Assembly: GCA_964016885.1 (NCBI GenBank)
Contig: OZ024766.1
Coordinates: forward strand, 15,624,001-15,688,000
Length of the DNA stretch: 64,000 nucleotides
Source of the DNA: Eledone cirrhosa
Lineage: Eukaryota
Direction: 5' to 3'
Below, one piece after another: positions 38,117 to 53,600 of the stretch. The translations under genes and the position numbers were made by a program. Position 1 is the stretch's first letter, and the number at the start of each line of letters is the position of its first letter. The notes under the pieces were generated by a model, which was not told the origin of the DNA, searched no databases, and saw nothing but the letters and a program-made list of their open reading frames with translations.

Positions 38117-38524
38117 ACTCTTATTATTCTCTTTTTAATTACCCTTTCTGACTTACTTTCATCTTTACCCTTGTCATTAATTTCATTTATTTTTATTTTT
38201 ATTATTTTTTTATTTTTATTTTTATTTTTACTTCACATCCACCAATAACCCCCCCCCCCTTTATTCTCCGATTCACTTTCCATTTTTTACTTCCCCTTTT
38301 CCTTCACTAACTGATTACACTTGTCATTTGTGTTTTCCAATCCAGATATATTTTTCAGTTTTATTTTTATTTTTTTATTTTTGCGCAGCCAATCTTACAA
38401 TTTTATATTTGTACTTACTTATCCACAAGTTTTTTACACCCTGTATCAATATGGCTGAACGCCTTAATGTGTGTATACTTTCTATATATGTACATGAGCA
38501 ACTACGTATGTGCGCGCGCGTGCG

Positions 38525-38575
<51 letters not shown>

Positions 38576-38759
38576 GTGTGTGTATGTATATGTGTATGCG
38601 TATGTGTATGTGTCTTTATATCCGTGTTTTGACATCTAGGTTTTATGTTTTGTTCCTTTTTTCTTCTCCCCCCCTTTTTTTACTTACTCATTTTTATGCG
38701 TGTGCATGCAAACAGGTCAATATGCGTGAGTGTAAGTATGTGTGTGTGTGCGTGTGTGT

Positions 38760-40144
38760 GTAATTGCCCTTCAGGCTATAACAGAGGAGTTCAAGACAGG
38801 CTGCCCATGGGAACTCCTATACGCAGACGACCTGACACTCATAGCGGAATCAATGGCCGAGCTAGAGAAGAAATTCCAAACATGGAAGCACGGCCTAGAG
38901 TCAAAAGGACTTAAAATTAACCTGGCTAAGACCAAAGTTCTAGTTTGTAGGAAAGAAAACAAGGCGGCGGTCCCTTCTGGGAAATGGTCGTGCTCGGTAT
39001 GTAGGAAAGGCGTAGGTAGAAACTCCATCTTATGTCCTAAATGCAAAGTATGGGTGCATAAAAGATGTAGTGGGATCACAGGTAAGCTAACTAAGAACAT
39101 AGACTTTACATGTGGCCGGTGTTCTGGTGCAATAAGTAGCAGCAAGTGCCCACAAAATACTAGCTCTTTCAATTGCGCAGAGGGTTCTATAGAAATAGTG
39201 GACAGCTTCCGTTACCTGGGCGATAAAATCAGCAGTGGGGGAGGGTGCTCTGAAAGTACTGTAGCTAGAGTCAGAACTGGTTGGAAAAAGTTCAGAGAGC
39301 TTATACCACTATTAGCTGCTAAAGGGTTCTCCCTAAAAATGAAAGGCAGGTTGTACGATGCCTGCATACGAACAGCAATGTTGCATGGCAGTGAGACCTG
39401 GGCATTGTGTGCAGAGGATATACGCAGACTAGAGAGGAACGAAGCTTGCATGCTCCGCTGGATGTGTAACAGTAATATACGTGAACGGCAAAGCATAAAC
39501 GAACTAAGGAAAAAATTAGAGATAAGAGGGATCAGATGTTGTTTACTCGAGAGAAGGCTGCGTTGGTATGGACACGTGATGCGCATGAAAGTCGATAGCT
39601 GTATTACAAAGTGCAGGGCAATAAAGATAGACGGTAGCCACGGAATAGGCAGACCTAGAAAAACATGGGATGAGCTGATAAACTCCGACCTCACACACTT
39701 ACACCTCTCCAAGACAATGTCACTGGACCGTGACCTTTGGCGGTACTCAGTAACAGAGAAGACCCGCCTTGCCAGTAGGCATCTCTAACAAACTACACCC
39801 CGTCCCGCCACCACCCCCACCCCATCCACACCACCCCGTTCCATGTAAAGTTATGTTGGTGCCGCGCCATCCAGGCCGAAACAAACGAGATCGTGTAGGT
39901 GTCACGACAAAAAAACACACAGTCCACGCTGTAATGTGGCCGTGTAGGCAACACGGTAAAAACCTCCCAGACCCACACTGTAAATGTGGTTGGTGTTAGG
40001 AAGGGCATCCAACTGTAGAAAACCTGCCAGACAGTCCTATGCGAGCAAGACAATCACTCTTGCCTCAAGTGGGACTACCCCCGTCCAAACCCATGCAAGC
40101 GTGGAACACGGACGTTAAACGTTGATGATGATGATGATGATGAT
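38760..40144 (+). mobile_element. Young 5'-truncated RTE LINE (open RT C-terminal half with PHD-type finger, 3' UTR, (GAT)n tail)
   Basis: Uninterrupted frame to 39788 with LLYADDL, FRYLG, LHGSETW, RLRWYGHV and GRPRKTW. The (gat)n tail is at 40124-40144. Confidence 0.93.
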
Positions 40145-40159
40145 ATAATTTGTGTGTGT

Positions 40160-40322
40160 GTAGGCGGCGAATTGTCAGAGCCGTTAGAACGTCAGATAGA
40201 ATACTTTAAGGTATTCATTCCAGTTCTCTTCTCTCTGAGTTCAAATCCCGCCGAGGTCAATTTTGCCTTTCATCATTTCGAGGTCGATAAAAAAAAGTAC
40301 CAGTCCAATACTAGGGTCGATA
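40160..40322 (+). mobile_element. tRNA-derived SINE
   Basis: ctgagttcaaatcccgccgaggtcaattttgcctttcatc...gtcgataaaaaaaagtaccag. Confidence 0.8.
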
Positions 40323-40434
40323 CTTCCTGTATATCTCTTTCTTATTTCCTCTCACTTTCTCTCTCTATGGAAGAAATCTGCTGTAATCAGCGTATATTTC
40401 AATACGGAGCCCCACCCCCTGGCACAACCACACC

Positions 40435-40465
<31 letters not shown>

Positions 40466-40699
40466 TTACCTATATTTCTAATTAGTTAGCTATATTTATA
40501 TCATTTACCTATATTTCTATGCCAGTATCTATAAATACGTCTTTCAATGAATTATTACAAAGTTTGCGAAAATATTTTTATGTTTTAAATTTGTAGGACA
40601 AGGGAGGTAATCGAGATATACCGTAGGTCAGATTATCTGCCCTTGTACATTATTTCTTTATTTTAAGTACGACAAACGTCCGTCATAAACTCTGTCTGA

Positions 40700-41560
40700 A
40701 GCGACTAGTGAGAAAAATATGGCCTTCTACGCTGTCTTCATTGACCTGACGAAGGCATTTGATACAGTTAGTAGGGATGGACTGTGGAAGATCCTCAGCA
40801 GACTCGGAGGTCCGTTAAAATTCCTGACCATGCTACAACAACTCCACACAGGACAGCAGGGAGAGGTAAAGCACAATGATGGTCTCTCTTATTAATTCTT
40901 CATCAAGAATGACGTGAAACAAGGCTGTGTCCTTGCCCGAAACTTATTTTCAAAACCACTTTCTACACCTCACCACAAAGATCAGAGACTACAGAGCTGT
41001 TGTAGTCACTACCCTCCTCTACTGAGCTTAAATTTGGGTCTTGTACTGGAAGCAGATCAAGCTAGTGGAAAGATTCAACCAGCGATGTCTTTGCTCCATC
41101 GTGGGCATCCATTAGCAGGACTATATAACAAACAACAAAGTCCTCAAGAGGGCCGATATCACAAGTATTGAGAACATGCTGATGCTGAGACAGCTTTGCT
41201 GGGTAGGTCATGTTTGGTGCATGGATGACTCTGGGATGCCAAAGGCAGTTTTCTACAGCGAACTATGTCAAGGCAAGTGAAACCAAGAGGCCCACTAAAA
41301 ACGCTTCAATGACCAACTCAAGCAACAGCTGATCCAAGACAATATTGATCACAGGGAATGGGAACACATGGCAGAGGATAGAGAGAAATGGAGAGTGACC
41401 ACAAAAACAGTTGTAGCCAGCTTTCAAGAGGGCAGTAAGGTGTCAGGTGAAGACAAACATCAAAGAAGAAATCTGTCTGCCACCCAACCACTAACTGACC
41501 AAGTACACTTACTCCAACTGTACGAGAGCCTGCAGATCCACGATTGGGTATGCCAACACA
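40700..41560 (+). mobile_element. Decayed, internally deleted LINE of a second RTE (BovB-like) family
   Basis: FYAVFIDLTKAFDTVSRDGLWKIL..VKQGCVLA, followed by WVGHV..MDDSGMPKAVFYSEL and AEDREKWR fragments. Confidence 0.75.
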
Positions 41561-41629
41561 CAGAACAGGACAATAATTCTTCTCTCTCATTTTCACAATC
41601 AAAGAATTTGTCATTCCATTCCATAACTT

Positions 41630-44600
41630 CTATACTGTACATTAGATCATGTAGTCCTAGGTATACTATATGTGATAACCACTAATACTAACTACTGTAC
41701 TGTACATTAGATAATGTAGTCCTAGATATACTATGTGTGATAGCCACTAATACTAACTACTGTACTGTACATTAGATCATATAGTCCTAGATATACTATA
41801 TCTGATAGCGACTAATACTAACTACTATACTGCACATTAGATAATGTAGTCCTAGATATACTATGTCTTATAGCCACTAATACTAACTACTGTAATTTAC
41901 ATTAGATAATATAGTCCTAGGTATACTATATCTGATAGCCACTAATACTAACTACTATACTATACATTAGATAATGTAGTCCTAGATATACTCTGTCTGA
42001 TAGCCACTAATACTAACTACTATACTGTACGTTAGATAATGTAGTCCTAGATACACTATGTCTGATAGCCATTAATACCAACTACTGTACTGTACAATAG
42101 ATAATGTAGTCCTAGGTATACTATATCAGATAGCCACTAATACTAACTACTATACTGTACATTAGATAATGTAGTCCTAGATACACTATGTCTGATAGCC
42201 ACTAATACTAACTACTGTACTGTACATAAGATAATATAGTTCTAGGTATACTATATCTGATAACCACTAATACTAACTACTGTACTGTACATTAGATAAT
42301 ATAGACCTAGGTATACTATATCTGATAGCCACTAATATTAACTACTATACTGTACATTAGATAATATAGTCCTAGGTATACTATATCTGATAGCCACTAA
42401 TACTAAATACTATACTGTACATTAGATACTGTAGTCCTAGATACACTATGTCTGTAGCCACTAATACTAACTACTGTACATTACATAATGTAGTCCTAGA
42501 TATACTATGTCTGATAGCCACTAATACTAACTACTATACTGTATATTAGATAATGTAGTCCTAGATACACTATGTCGTATAGTCACTAATACTAACTACT
42601 GTACTGTACATTAGATAATGTAGTCCTAGATATACTATGCCTGATAGCCACTAATACTAACTACTATACTGTACATTAGATAATATAGTCCTAGATACAC
42701 TATGTCTGATAGCCACTAATACTAACTACTGTACTGTACATTAGACAATGCAGTCCTAGATACACTATGTCTGATGGCCACTAATACTAACTACTGTACT
42801 GTACATTAAATAATGTAGTGCTAGATATACTATGTCTGATAGCCACTAATACTAACTACTATACAGTACATTAGATAATGTAGTCCTAGATACACTATGT
42901 CTAATAGACACTAACACTAAATACTATACTGTACATTAGATAATGTAGTCCTATATACACTATGTCTGATAGCCACTAATACTAACTACTATACAGTACA
43001 TTAGATAATGTAGTCCTAGATATACTATGTCTGATAGCCACTAATACTAACTACTATACGGTACATTAGATAATGTAGTCCTAGATACACCATGTCTAAT
43101 AGCCACTAACACTAAATACTATACTGTACATTAGATAATGTAGTCCTAGATACAATATGTCTGATAGCCACTAATACCTACTACTATACAGTACATTAGA
43201 TAATGTAGTCCTAGATACACTATGTCTGATAGCCAATAATACTAAATACTATACTGTACGTTAGATAATGCAGTCCTAGATATACTATGTCTGATAGCCA
43301 CTAATACTAACTATACTGTACATTAGACAATGCAATCCTAGATACACTATGTCTGATAGCCACTAATACTAACTACTGTACTGTACATTAGATAATATAA
43401 TCCTAGGTATACTATATCTGATAGCCACTAATAGTAACTACTATACTGTACATTAGATAATATAGTCCTAGGTATACTAAATCTGATAGCCACTAATACT
43501 AACTACTATACTGTACATTAGATAATATAGTCCTAGGTGTACTATATCTGATATCCACTAATACTAACTACTATACTATACTGTACATTAGATAATGTAG
43601 TCCTAGATACACTATATCTGATTGCCACTAATACTAATTACTGTACTGTACATTAGACAATGCAGTCCTAGATACACTATGTCCGATAGCCACTAATATT
43701 AACTACTGTACTGTACATTAAATAATGTAGTGCTAGATACACTATGTCTGATAGCCACTAATACTAACTACTAAACTTTACATTAGATAATGTAATCCTA
43801 GATACACTATGTCTGATAGCCACTAATACTAACTACTATACTGTACATTAGATAATGTAGTCCTAGATATACTATGTCTGATAGCCACTAATACTAACTA
43901 CTATACAGTACATTATATAATGTAGTCCTAGATACACTATATCTGATTGCCACAAATACTAACTACTGTACTGTACATTAGACAATGTAGTCCTAGATAT
44001 ACTATGTCTGATAGCCACTAATACTAACTACTATACTGTACATTAGATAATGTAGTCCTAGAGACACTATATCTTATTGCCACTAATACTAACTACTGTA
44101 CTGTACATTAGACAATGCAGTCCTAGATACACTATGTCTGATAGTCACTAATATTAACTACTGTACTGTACATTAAATAATGTAGTGCTAGATACACTAT
44201 GTCTGATAGCCACTAATACTAACTACTAAACTTTACATTAGATAATGTAATCCTAGATACACTATGTCTGATAGCCACTAATACTAACTACTATACTGTA
44301 CATTAGATAATGTAGTCCTAGATACACTATGTCTGATAGCCACTAATACTAACTACTGTACTGTACATTAGACAATGCAGTCCTAGATACACTATGTCTG
44401 ATAGCCACTAATACTAACTACTCTACTGTACATTAAATAATGTAGTGATAGTTAAACTATGTCTGATAGCCACTAATACTAACTACTATACTATACATTA
44501 GATAATGTAGTCCTAGATATACTCTGTCTGATAGCCACTAATACTAACTACTATACTGTACGTTAGATGATGTAGTCCTAGATACACTATGTCTGATAGC

Positions 44601-47600
44601 CATTAATACTAACTACTATACTGTACATTAGATAATGTAATCCTAGATACACTATGTCTGATAGCCACTAATACTAACTACTGTACTGTACCTAAGATAA
44701 TATAGTTCTAGGTATACTATATCTGATAACCACTTATACTAACTACTGTACTGTACATTAGATAATATAGACCTAGGTATACTATATCTGATAGCCACTA
44801 ATATTAACTACTATACTGTACATTAGATAATATAGTCCTAGGTATATTATCTGATAGACACTAATACTAAATACTATACTGTACATTAGATACTGTAGTC
44901 CTAGATACACTATGTCTGTAGCCACTAATACTAACTACTGTACATTACATAATGTAGTCCTAGATATACTATGTCTGATAGCCACTAATACTAACTACTA
45001 TACTGTATATTAGATAATGTAGTCCTAGATACACTATGTCGTATAGTCACTAATACTAACTACTGTACTGTACATTAGATAATGTAGTCCTAGATATACT
45101 ATGCCTGATAGCCACTAATACTAACTATACTGTACATTAGACAATGCAATCCTAGATACACTATGTCTGATAGCCACTAATACTAACTACTGTACTGTAC
45201 ATTAGATAATATAGTCCTAGGTATACTATATCTGATTGCCACTAATACTAACTACTATACTGTACATAAGATAATATAGTACTAGGTATACTATATCTGA
45301 TAGCCACTAATACTAACTACTATACTGTACATTAGATAATATAGTCCTAGGCATACTATATCTGATAGCCACTAATACTAACTACTATACTGTACATTAG
45401 ATAATGTAGTCCTAGATACACTATGTCTGATAGCCACTAATACTAACTACTGTACTGTACATTAGACAATGCAGTCCTAGATATTCTATGTCGGATGGCC
45501 ACTAATACTAACTACTGTACTGTACATTAAATAATGTAGTGCTAGATATACTATGTCTGATAGCCACTAATACTAACTACTATACAGTACATTAGATAAT
45601 GTAGTCCTAGATACACTATGTCTAATAGACACTAACACTAAATACTATACAGTACATTAGATAATGTAGTCCTATATACACTATGTCTGATAGCCACTAA
45701 TACTAACTACTATACAGTACATTAGATAATGTAGTCCTAGATACACTATGTCTGATAGCCACAAATACTAACTACTAAACTTTACATTAGATAATGAAAT
45801 CCTAGATACACTATGTCTGATAGCCACTAATACTAACTACTATACTGTACATTAGATAATGTAGTCCTAGATACACTATGTCTGATAGCCACTAATACTA
45901 ACTACTGTACTGTACATTAGACAATGCAGTCCTAGATACACTATGTCTGATAGCCACTAATACTAACTACTCTACTGTACATTAAATAATGTAGTGCTAG
46001 ATAAACTATGTCTGATAGCCACTAATACTAACTACTATACTATACATTAGATAATGTAGTCCTAGATATACTCTGTCTGATAGCCACTAATACTAACTAC
46101 TATACTGTACGTTAGATGATGTAGTCCTAGATACACTATGTCTGATAGCCATTAATACTAACTACTATACTGTACATTAGATAATGTAATCCTAGATACA
46201 CTATGTCTGATAGCCACTAATACTAACTACTGTACTGTACCTAAGATGATATAGTTCTAGGTATACTATATCTGATAACCACTTATACTAACTACTGTAC
46301 TGTACATTAGATAATATAGACCTAGGTATACTATATCTGATAGCCACTAATATTAACTACTATACTGTACATTAGATAATATAGTCCTAGTTATATTATC
46401 TGATAGACACTAATACTAAATACTATACTGTACATTAGATACTGTAGTCCTAGATACACTATGTCTGTAGCCACTAATACTAACTACTGTACATTACATA
46501 ATGTAGTCCTAGATATACTATGTCTGATAGCCACTAATACTAACTACTATACTGTATATTAGATAATGTAGTCCTAGATACACTATGTCGTATAGTCACT
46601 AATACTAACTACTGTACTGTACATTAGATAATGTAGTCCTAGATATACTATGCCTGATAGCCACTAATACTAACTATACTGTACATTAGACAATGCAATC
46701 CTAGATACACTATGTCTGATAGCCACTAATACTAACTACTGTACTGTACATTAGATAATATAGTCCTAGGTATACTATATCTGATTGCCACTAATACTAA
46801 CTACTATACTGTACATAAGATAATATAGTACTAGGTATACTATATCTGATAGCCACTAATACTAACTACTATACTGTACATTAGATAATATAGTCCTAGG
46901 CATACTATATCTGATAGCCACTAATACTAACTACTATACTGTACATTAGATAATGTAGTCCTAGATACACTATGTCTGATAGCCACTAATACTAACTACT
47001 GTACTGTACATTAGACAATGCAGTCCTAGATATTCTATGTCTGATGGCCACTAATACTAACTACTGTACTGTACATTAAATAATGTAGTGCTAGATATAC
47101 TATGTCTGATAGCCACTAATACTAACTACTATACAGTACATTAGATAATGTAGTCCTAGATACACTATGTCTAATAGACACTAACACTAAATACTATACA
47201 GTACATTAGATAATGTAGTACTATATACACTATGTCTGATAGCCACTAATACTAACTACTATACAGTACATTAGATAATGTAGTCCTAGATACACTATGT
47301 CTGATAGCCACAAATACTAACTACTAAACTTTACATTAGATAATGAAATCCTAGATACACTATGTCTGATAGCCACTAATACTAACTACTATACTGTACA
47401 TTAGATAATGTAGTCCTAGATATACTATGTTTGATAGCCACTAATACTAACTACTATACAGTACATTAGATAATGTAGTCCTAGATAAACTATGTCTAAT
47501 AGCCACTAACAATGAATACTATACTGTACATTAGATAATGTAGTCCTAGATACAATATGTCTGATAGCCACTAATACCTACTACTATACAGTACATTAGA

Positions 47601-50600
47601 TAATGTAGTCCTAGATACACTATGTCTGATAGCCAATAATACTAAATACTATACTGTACATTAGATAATGCAGTCCTAGATATACTATGTCTGATAGTCA
47701 CTAATACTAACTATACTGTACATTAGACAATGCAATCCTAGATACACTATGTCTGATAGCCACTAATACTAACTACTGTACTGTACATTAGATAATATAA
47801 TCCTAGGTATACCATATCTGATAGCCACTAATAGTAACTACTATACTGTACATTAGATAATATAGTCCTAGGTATACTAAATCTGATAGCCACTAATACT
47901 AACTACTATACTGTACATTAGATAATATAGTCCTAGGTGTACTATATCTGATAGCCACTAATACTAACTACTATACTATACTGTACATTAGATAATGTAG
48001 TCCAAGATACACTATATCTGATTGCCACTAATACTAATTACTCTACTGTACATTAGACAATGCAGTCCTAGATACACTATGTCTGATAGCTACTAATATT
48101 AACTACTGTACTGTACATTAAATAATGTAGTGCTAGATACACTATGTCTGATAGCCACTAATACTAACTACTAAATTTTACATTATATAATGTAATCCTA
48201 GATACACTATGTCTGATAGCCACTAATACTAACTACTATACTGTACATTAGATAATGTAGTCCTAGATATACTATGTCTGATAGCCACTAATACTAACTA
48301 CTATACAGTACATTAGATAATGTAGTCCTAGATACACTATATCTGATTGCCACTAATACTAACTACTGTACTGTACATTAGACAATGCAGTCCTAGATAC
48401 ACTATGTCTGATAGCCACTAATATTAACTACTGTACTGTACATTAAATAATGTAGTGCTAGATACACTATGTCTGATAGCCACTAATACTAACTACTAAA
48501 CTTTACATTAGATAATGTAATCCTAGATAAACTATGTCTGATAGCCACTAATACTAACTACTATACTGTACATTAGATAATGTAGTCCTAGATACACTAT
48601 ATCTGATTGCCACTAATACTAACTACTGTACTGTACATTAGACAATGCAGTCCTAGATACACTATGTCTGATAGCCACTAATATTAACTACTGTACTGTA
48701 CATTAGACAATACAGTCCTAGATACACTATGTCTGATAGCCACTAATACTAACTACTGTACTGTACATTAAATAATGTAGTGCTAGATACACTATGTCTG
48801 ATAGCCACTAATACTAACTACTAAACTTTACATTAGATAATGTAATCCTAGATACACCATGTCTGATAGCCACTAATACTAACTACTATACTGTACATTA
48901 GATAATGTAGTCCTAGATACACTATGTCTGATAGCCACTAATACTAACTACTGTACTGTACATTAGACAATGCAGTCCTAGATACACTATGTCTGATAGC
49001 CACTAATACTAACTACTGTACAGTACATTAAATAATGTAGTGCTAGATACACTATGTCTGATAGCCACTAATACTAACTACTATACTATACATTAGATAA
49101 TGTAGTCCTAGATATACTCTGTCTGATAGCCACTAATACTAACTACTATACTGTACGTTAGATAATGTAGTCCTAGATACACTATGTCTGATAGCCATTA
49201 ATACCAACTACTGTACTGTACATTAGATAATGTAGTCCTAGGTATACTATATCAGATAGCCACTAATACTAACTACTATACTGTACATTAGATAATGTAG
49301 TCCTAGATACACTTTGTCTGATAGCCACTAATACTAACTACTGTACTGTACATAAGATAATATAGTTCTAGGTATACTATATCTGATAACCACTAATACT
49401 AACTACTGTACTGTACATTAGATAATATAGACCTAGGTATACTATATCTGATAGCCACTAATATTAACTACTATACTGTACATTAGATAATATAGTCCTA
49501 GGTATACTATATCTGATAGCCACTAATACTAAATACTATACTGTACATTAGATACTGTAGTCCTAGATACACTATGTCTGTAGCCACTAATACTAACTAC
49601 TGTACATTACATAATGTAGTCCTAGATATACTATGTCTGATAGCCACTGATACTAACTACTATACTGTACATTAGATAATGTAGTCCTAGATACACTATG
49701 TCGTATAGTCACTAATACTAACTACTGTACTGTACATAAATAATGTAGTCCTAGATATACTATGCCTGATAGCCACTAATACTAACTATACTGTACATTA
49801 GACAATGCAATCCTAGATACACTATGTCTGATAGCCACTAATACTAACTACTGTACTGTACATTAGATAATATAGTCCTAGGTATACTATATCTGATAGC
49901 CACTAATACTAACTACTATACTGTACATAAGATAATATAGTCCTAGATACACTATGTCTGATAGCTACTAATACTAACTACTGTACTGTACATTAGACAA
50001 TGCAGTCCTAGATACACTATGTCTGATGGCCACTAATACTAACTACTGTACTGTACATTAAATAATGTAGTGCTAGATATACTATGTCTGATAGCCACTA
50101 ATACTAACTACTATGCAGTACATTAGATAATGTAGTCCTAGATACACTATGTCCAATAGACACTAACACTAAATACTATACTGTGCATTCGATAATGTAG
50201 TCCTATATACACTATGTCTGATAGCCACTAATACTAACTACTATACAGTACATTAGATAATGTAGTCCTAGATACACTATGTCTGATAGCCACAAATACT
50301 AACTACTAAACTTTACATTAGATAATGTAATCCTAGATACACAATGTCTGATAGCCACTAATACTAACTACTATACTGTACATTAGATAATGTAGTCCTA
50401 GATATACTATGTCTGATAGCCACTAATACTAACTACTATACAGTACATTAGATAATGTAGTCCTAGATACACTATGTCTAATAGCCACTAACACTAAATA
50501 CTATACTGTACATTAGATAATGTAGTCCTAGATACAATATGTCTGATAGCCACTAATACCTACTACTATACAGTACATTAGATAATGTAGTCCTAGATAC

Positions 50601-53600
50601 ACTATGTCTGATAGCCACTAATACTAACTACTATACTGTACATTAGATAATGTAGTCCTAGATATACTATGTCTCATAGCCACTAATACTAACTACTATA
50701 CAGTACATTAGATAATGTAGTCCTAGATACACTATATCTGATTGCCACTAATACTAACTACTGTACTGTACATTAGACAATGTAGTCCTAGATATACTAT
50801 GTCTGATAGCCACTAATACTAACTACTGTACTGTACATTAGACAATGTAGTCCTAGATATACTATGTCTGATAGCCACTAATACTAACTACTATACTGTA
50901 CATTAGATAATGTAGTCCTAGATACACTATATCTGATTGCCACTAATACTAACTACTGTACTGTACATTAGACAATGCAGTCCTAGATACACTATGTCTG
51001 ATAGCCACTAATATTAACTACTGTACTGTACATTAAATACGGTAGTGCTAGATACACTATGTCTGATAGCCACTAATGCTAACTAGTAAACTTTACATTA
51101 GATAATGTAATCCTAGATAAACTATGTCTGATAGCCACTAATACTAACTACTATACTGTACATTAGATAATGTAGTCCTAGATACACTATGTCTGATAGC
51201 CACTAATACTAACTACTGTACTGTACATTAGACAATGCAGTCCTAGATACACTATGTCTGATAGCCACTAATATTAACTACTGTACTGTACATTAAATAC
51301 GGTAGTGCTAGATACACTATGTCTGATAGCCACTAATGCTAACTACTAAACTTTACATTAGATAATGTAATCCTAGATACACTATGTCTGATAGCCACTA
51401 ATACTAACTACTATACTGTACATTAGATAATGTAGTCCTAGATATACTATGTCTGATAGCCACTAATACTAACTACTATACAGTACATTAGATAATGTAG
51501 TCCTAGATACACTATATCTGATTGCCACTAATACTAACTACTGTACTGTACATTAGACAATGTAGTCCTAGATATACTATGTCTGATAGCCACTAATACT
51601 AACTACTATACTGTACATTAGATAATGTAGTCCTAGATACACTATATCTGATTGCCACTAATACTAACTACTGTACTGTACATTAGACAATGCAGTCCTA
51701 GATACACTATGTCTGATAGCCACTAATATTAACTACTGTACTGTACATTAGACAATGCAGTCCTAGATACACTATGTCTGATAGCCACTAATACTAACTA
51801 CTGTACTGTACATTAAATAATGTAGTGCTAGATACACTATGTCTGATAGCCACTAATACTAACTACTAAACTTTACATTAGATAATGTAATCCTAGATAC
51901 ACTATGTCTGATAGCCACTAATACTAACTACTGTACTGTACATTAGACAATGCAGTCCTAGATACACTATGTCTGATAGCCACTAATACTAACTACTGTA
52001 CAGTACATTAAAAGAATGTAGTGCTAGATACACTATGTCTGATAGCCACTAATACTAACTCCTATACTATACATTAGATAATGTAGTCCTAGATATACTC
52101 TGTCTGATAGCCACTAATACTAACTACTATACTGTACGTTAGATAATGTAGTCCTAGATACACTATGTCTGATAGCCATTAATACCAACTACTGTACTGT
52201 ACATTAGATAATGTAGTCCTAGGTATACTATATCAGATAGCCACTAATACTAACTACTATACTGTACATTAGATAATGTAGTCCTAGATACACTATGTCT
52301 GATAGCCACTAATACTAACTACTGTACTGTACATAAGATAATATAGTTCTAGGTATACTATATCTGATAACCACTAATACTAACTACTGTACTGTACATT
52401 AGATAATATAGACCTAGGTATACTATATCTGATAGCCACTAATATTAACTACTATACTGTACATTAGATAATATAGTCCTAGGTATACTATATCTGATAG
52501 CCACTAATACTAAATACTATACTGTACATTAGATACTGTAGTCCTAGATACACTATGTCTGTAGCCACTAATACTAACTACTGTACATTACATAATGTAG
52601 TCCTAGATATACTATGTCTGATAGCCACTAATACTAACTACTATACTGTATATTAGATAATGTAGTCCTAGATACACTATGTCGTATAGTCACTAATACT
52701 AACTACTGTACTGTACATTAGATAATGTAGTCCTAGATATACTATGCCTGATAGCCACTAATACTAACTATACTGTACATTAGACAATGCAATCCTAGAT
52801 ACACTATGTCTGATAGCCACTAATACTAACTACTGTACTGTACATTAGATAATATAGTCCTAGGATTACTATATCTGATAGCCACTAATACTAACTACTA
52901 TACTGTACATAAGATAATATAGTCCTAGGTATACTATATCTGATAGCCACTAATACTAACTACTATACTGTACATTAGATAATATAGTCCTAGGCATACT
53001 ATATCTGATAGCCATTAATACTAACTACTATACTATACTGTACATTAGATAATGTAGTCCTAGATACACTATGTCTGATAGCCACTAATACTAACTAATA
53101 TACTGTACATTAGATAATGTAGTCCTAGATATACTATGTCTGATAGCCACTAATACTAACTACTATACAGTACATTAGATAATGTAGTCCTAGATACACT
53201 ATGTCTAATAGCCACTAACACTAAATACTATACTGTACATTAGATAATGTAGTCCTAGATATACTATGTCTGATAGCCACTAATACTAACTACTATACAG
53301 TACATTAGAAAATGTAGTCCTAGATACACTATGTCTGATAGCCAATAATACTAAATACTATACTGTACATTAGATAATGCAGTCCTAGATATACTATGTC
53401 TGATAGCCACTAATACTAACTATACTGTACATTAGACAATGCAATCCTAGATACACTATGTCTGATAGCCACTAATACTAACTACTGTACTGTACATTAG
53501 ATAATATAATCCTAGGTATACTATATCTGATAGCCACTAATAGTAACAACTATACTGTACATTAGATAATATAGTCCTAGGTATACTAAATCTGATAGCC

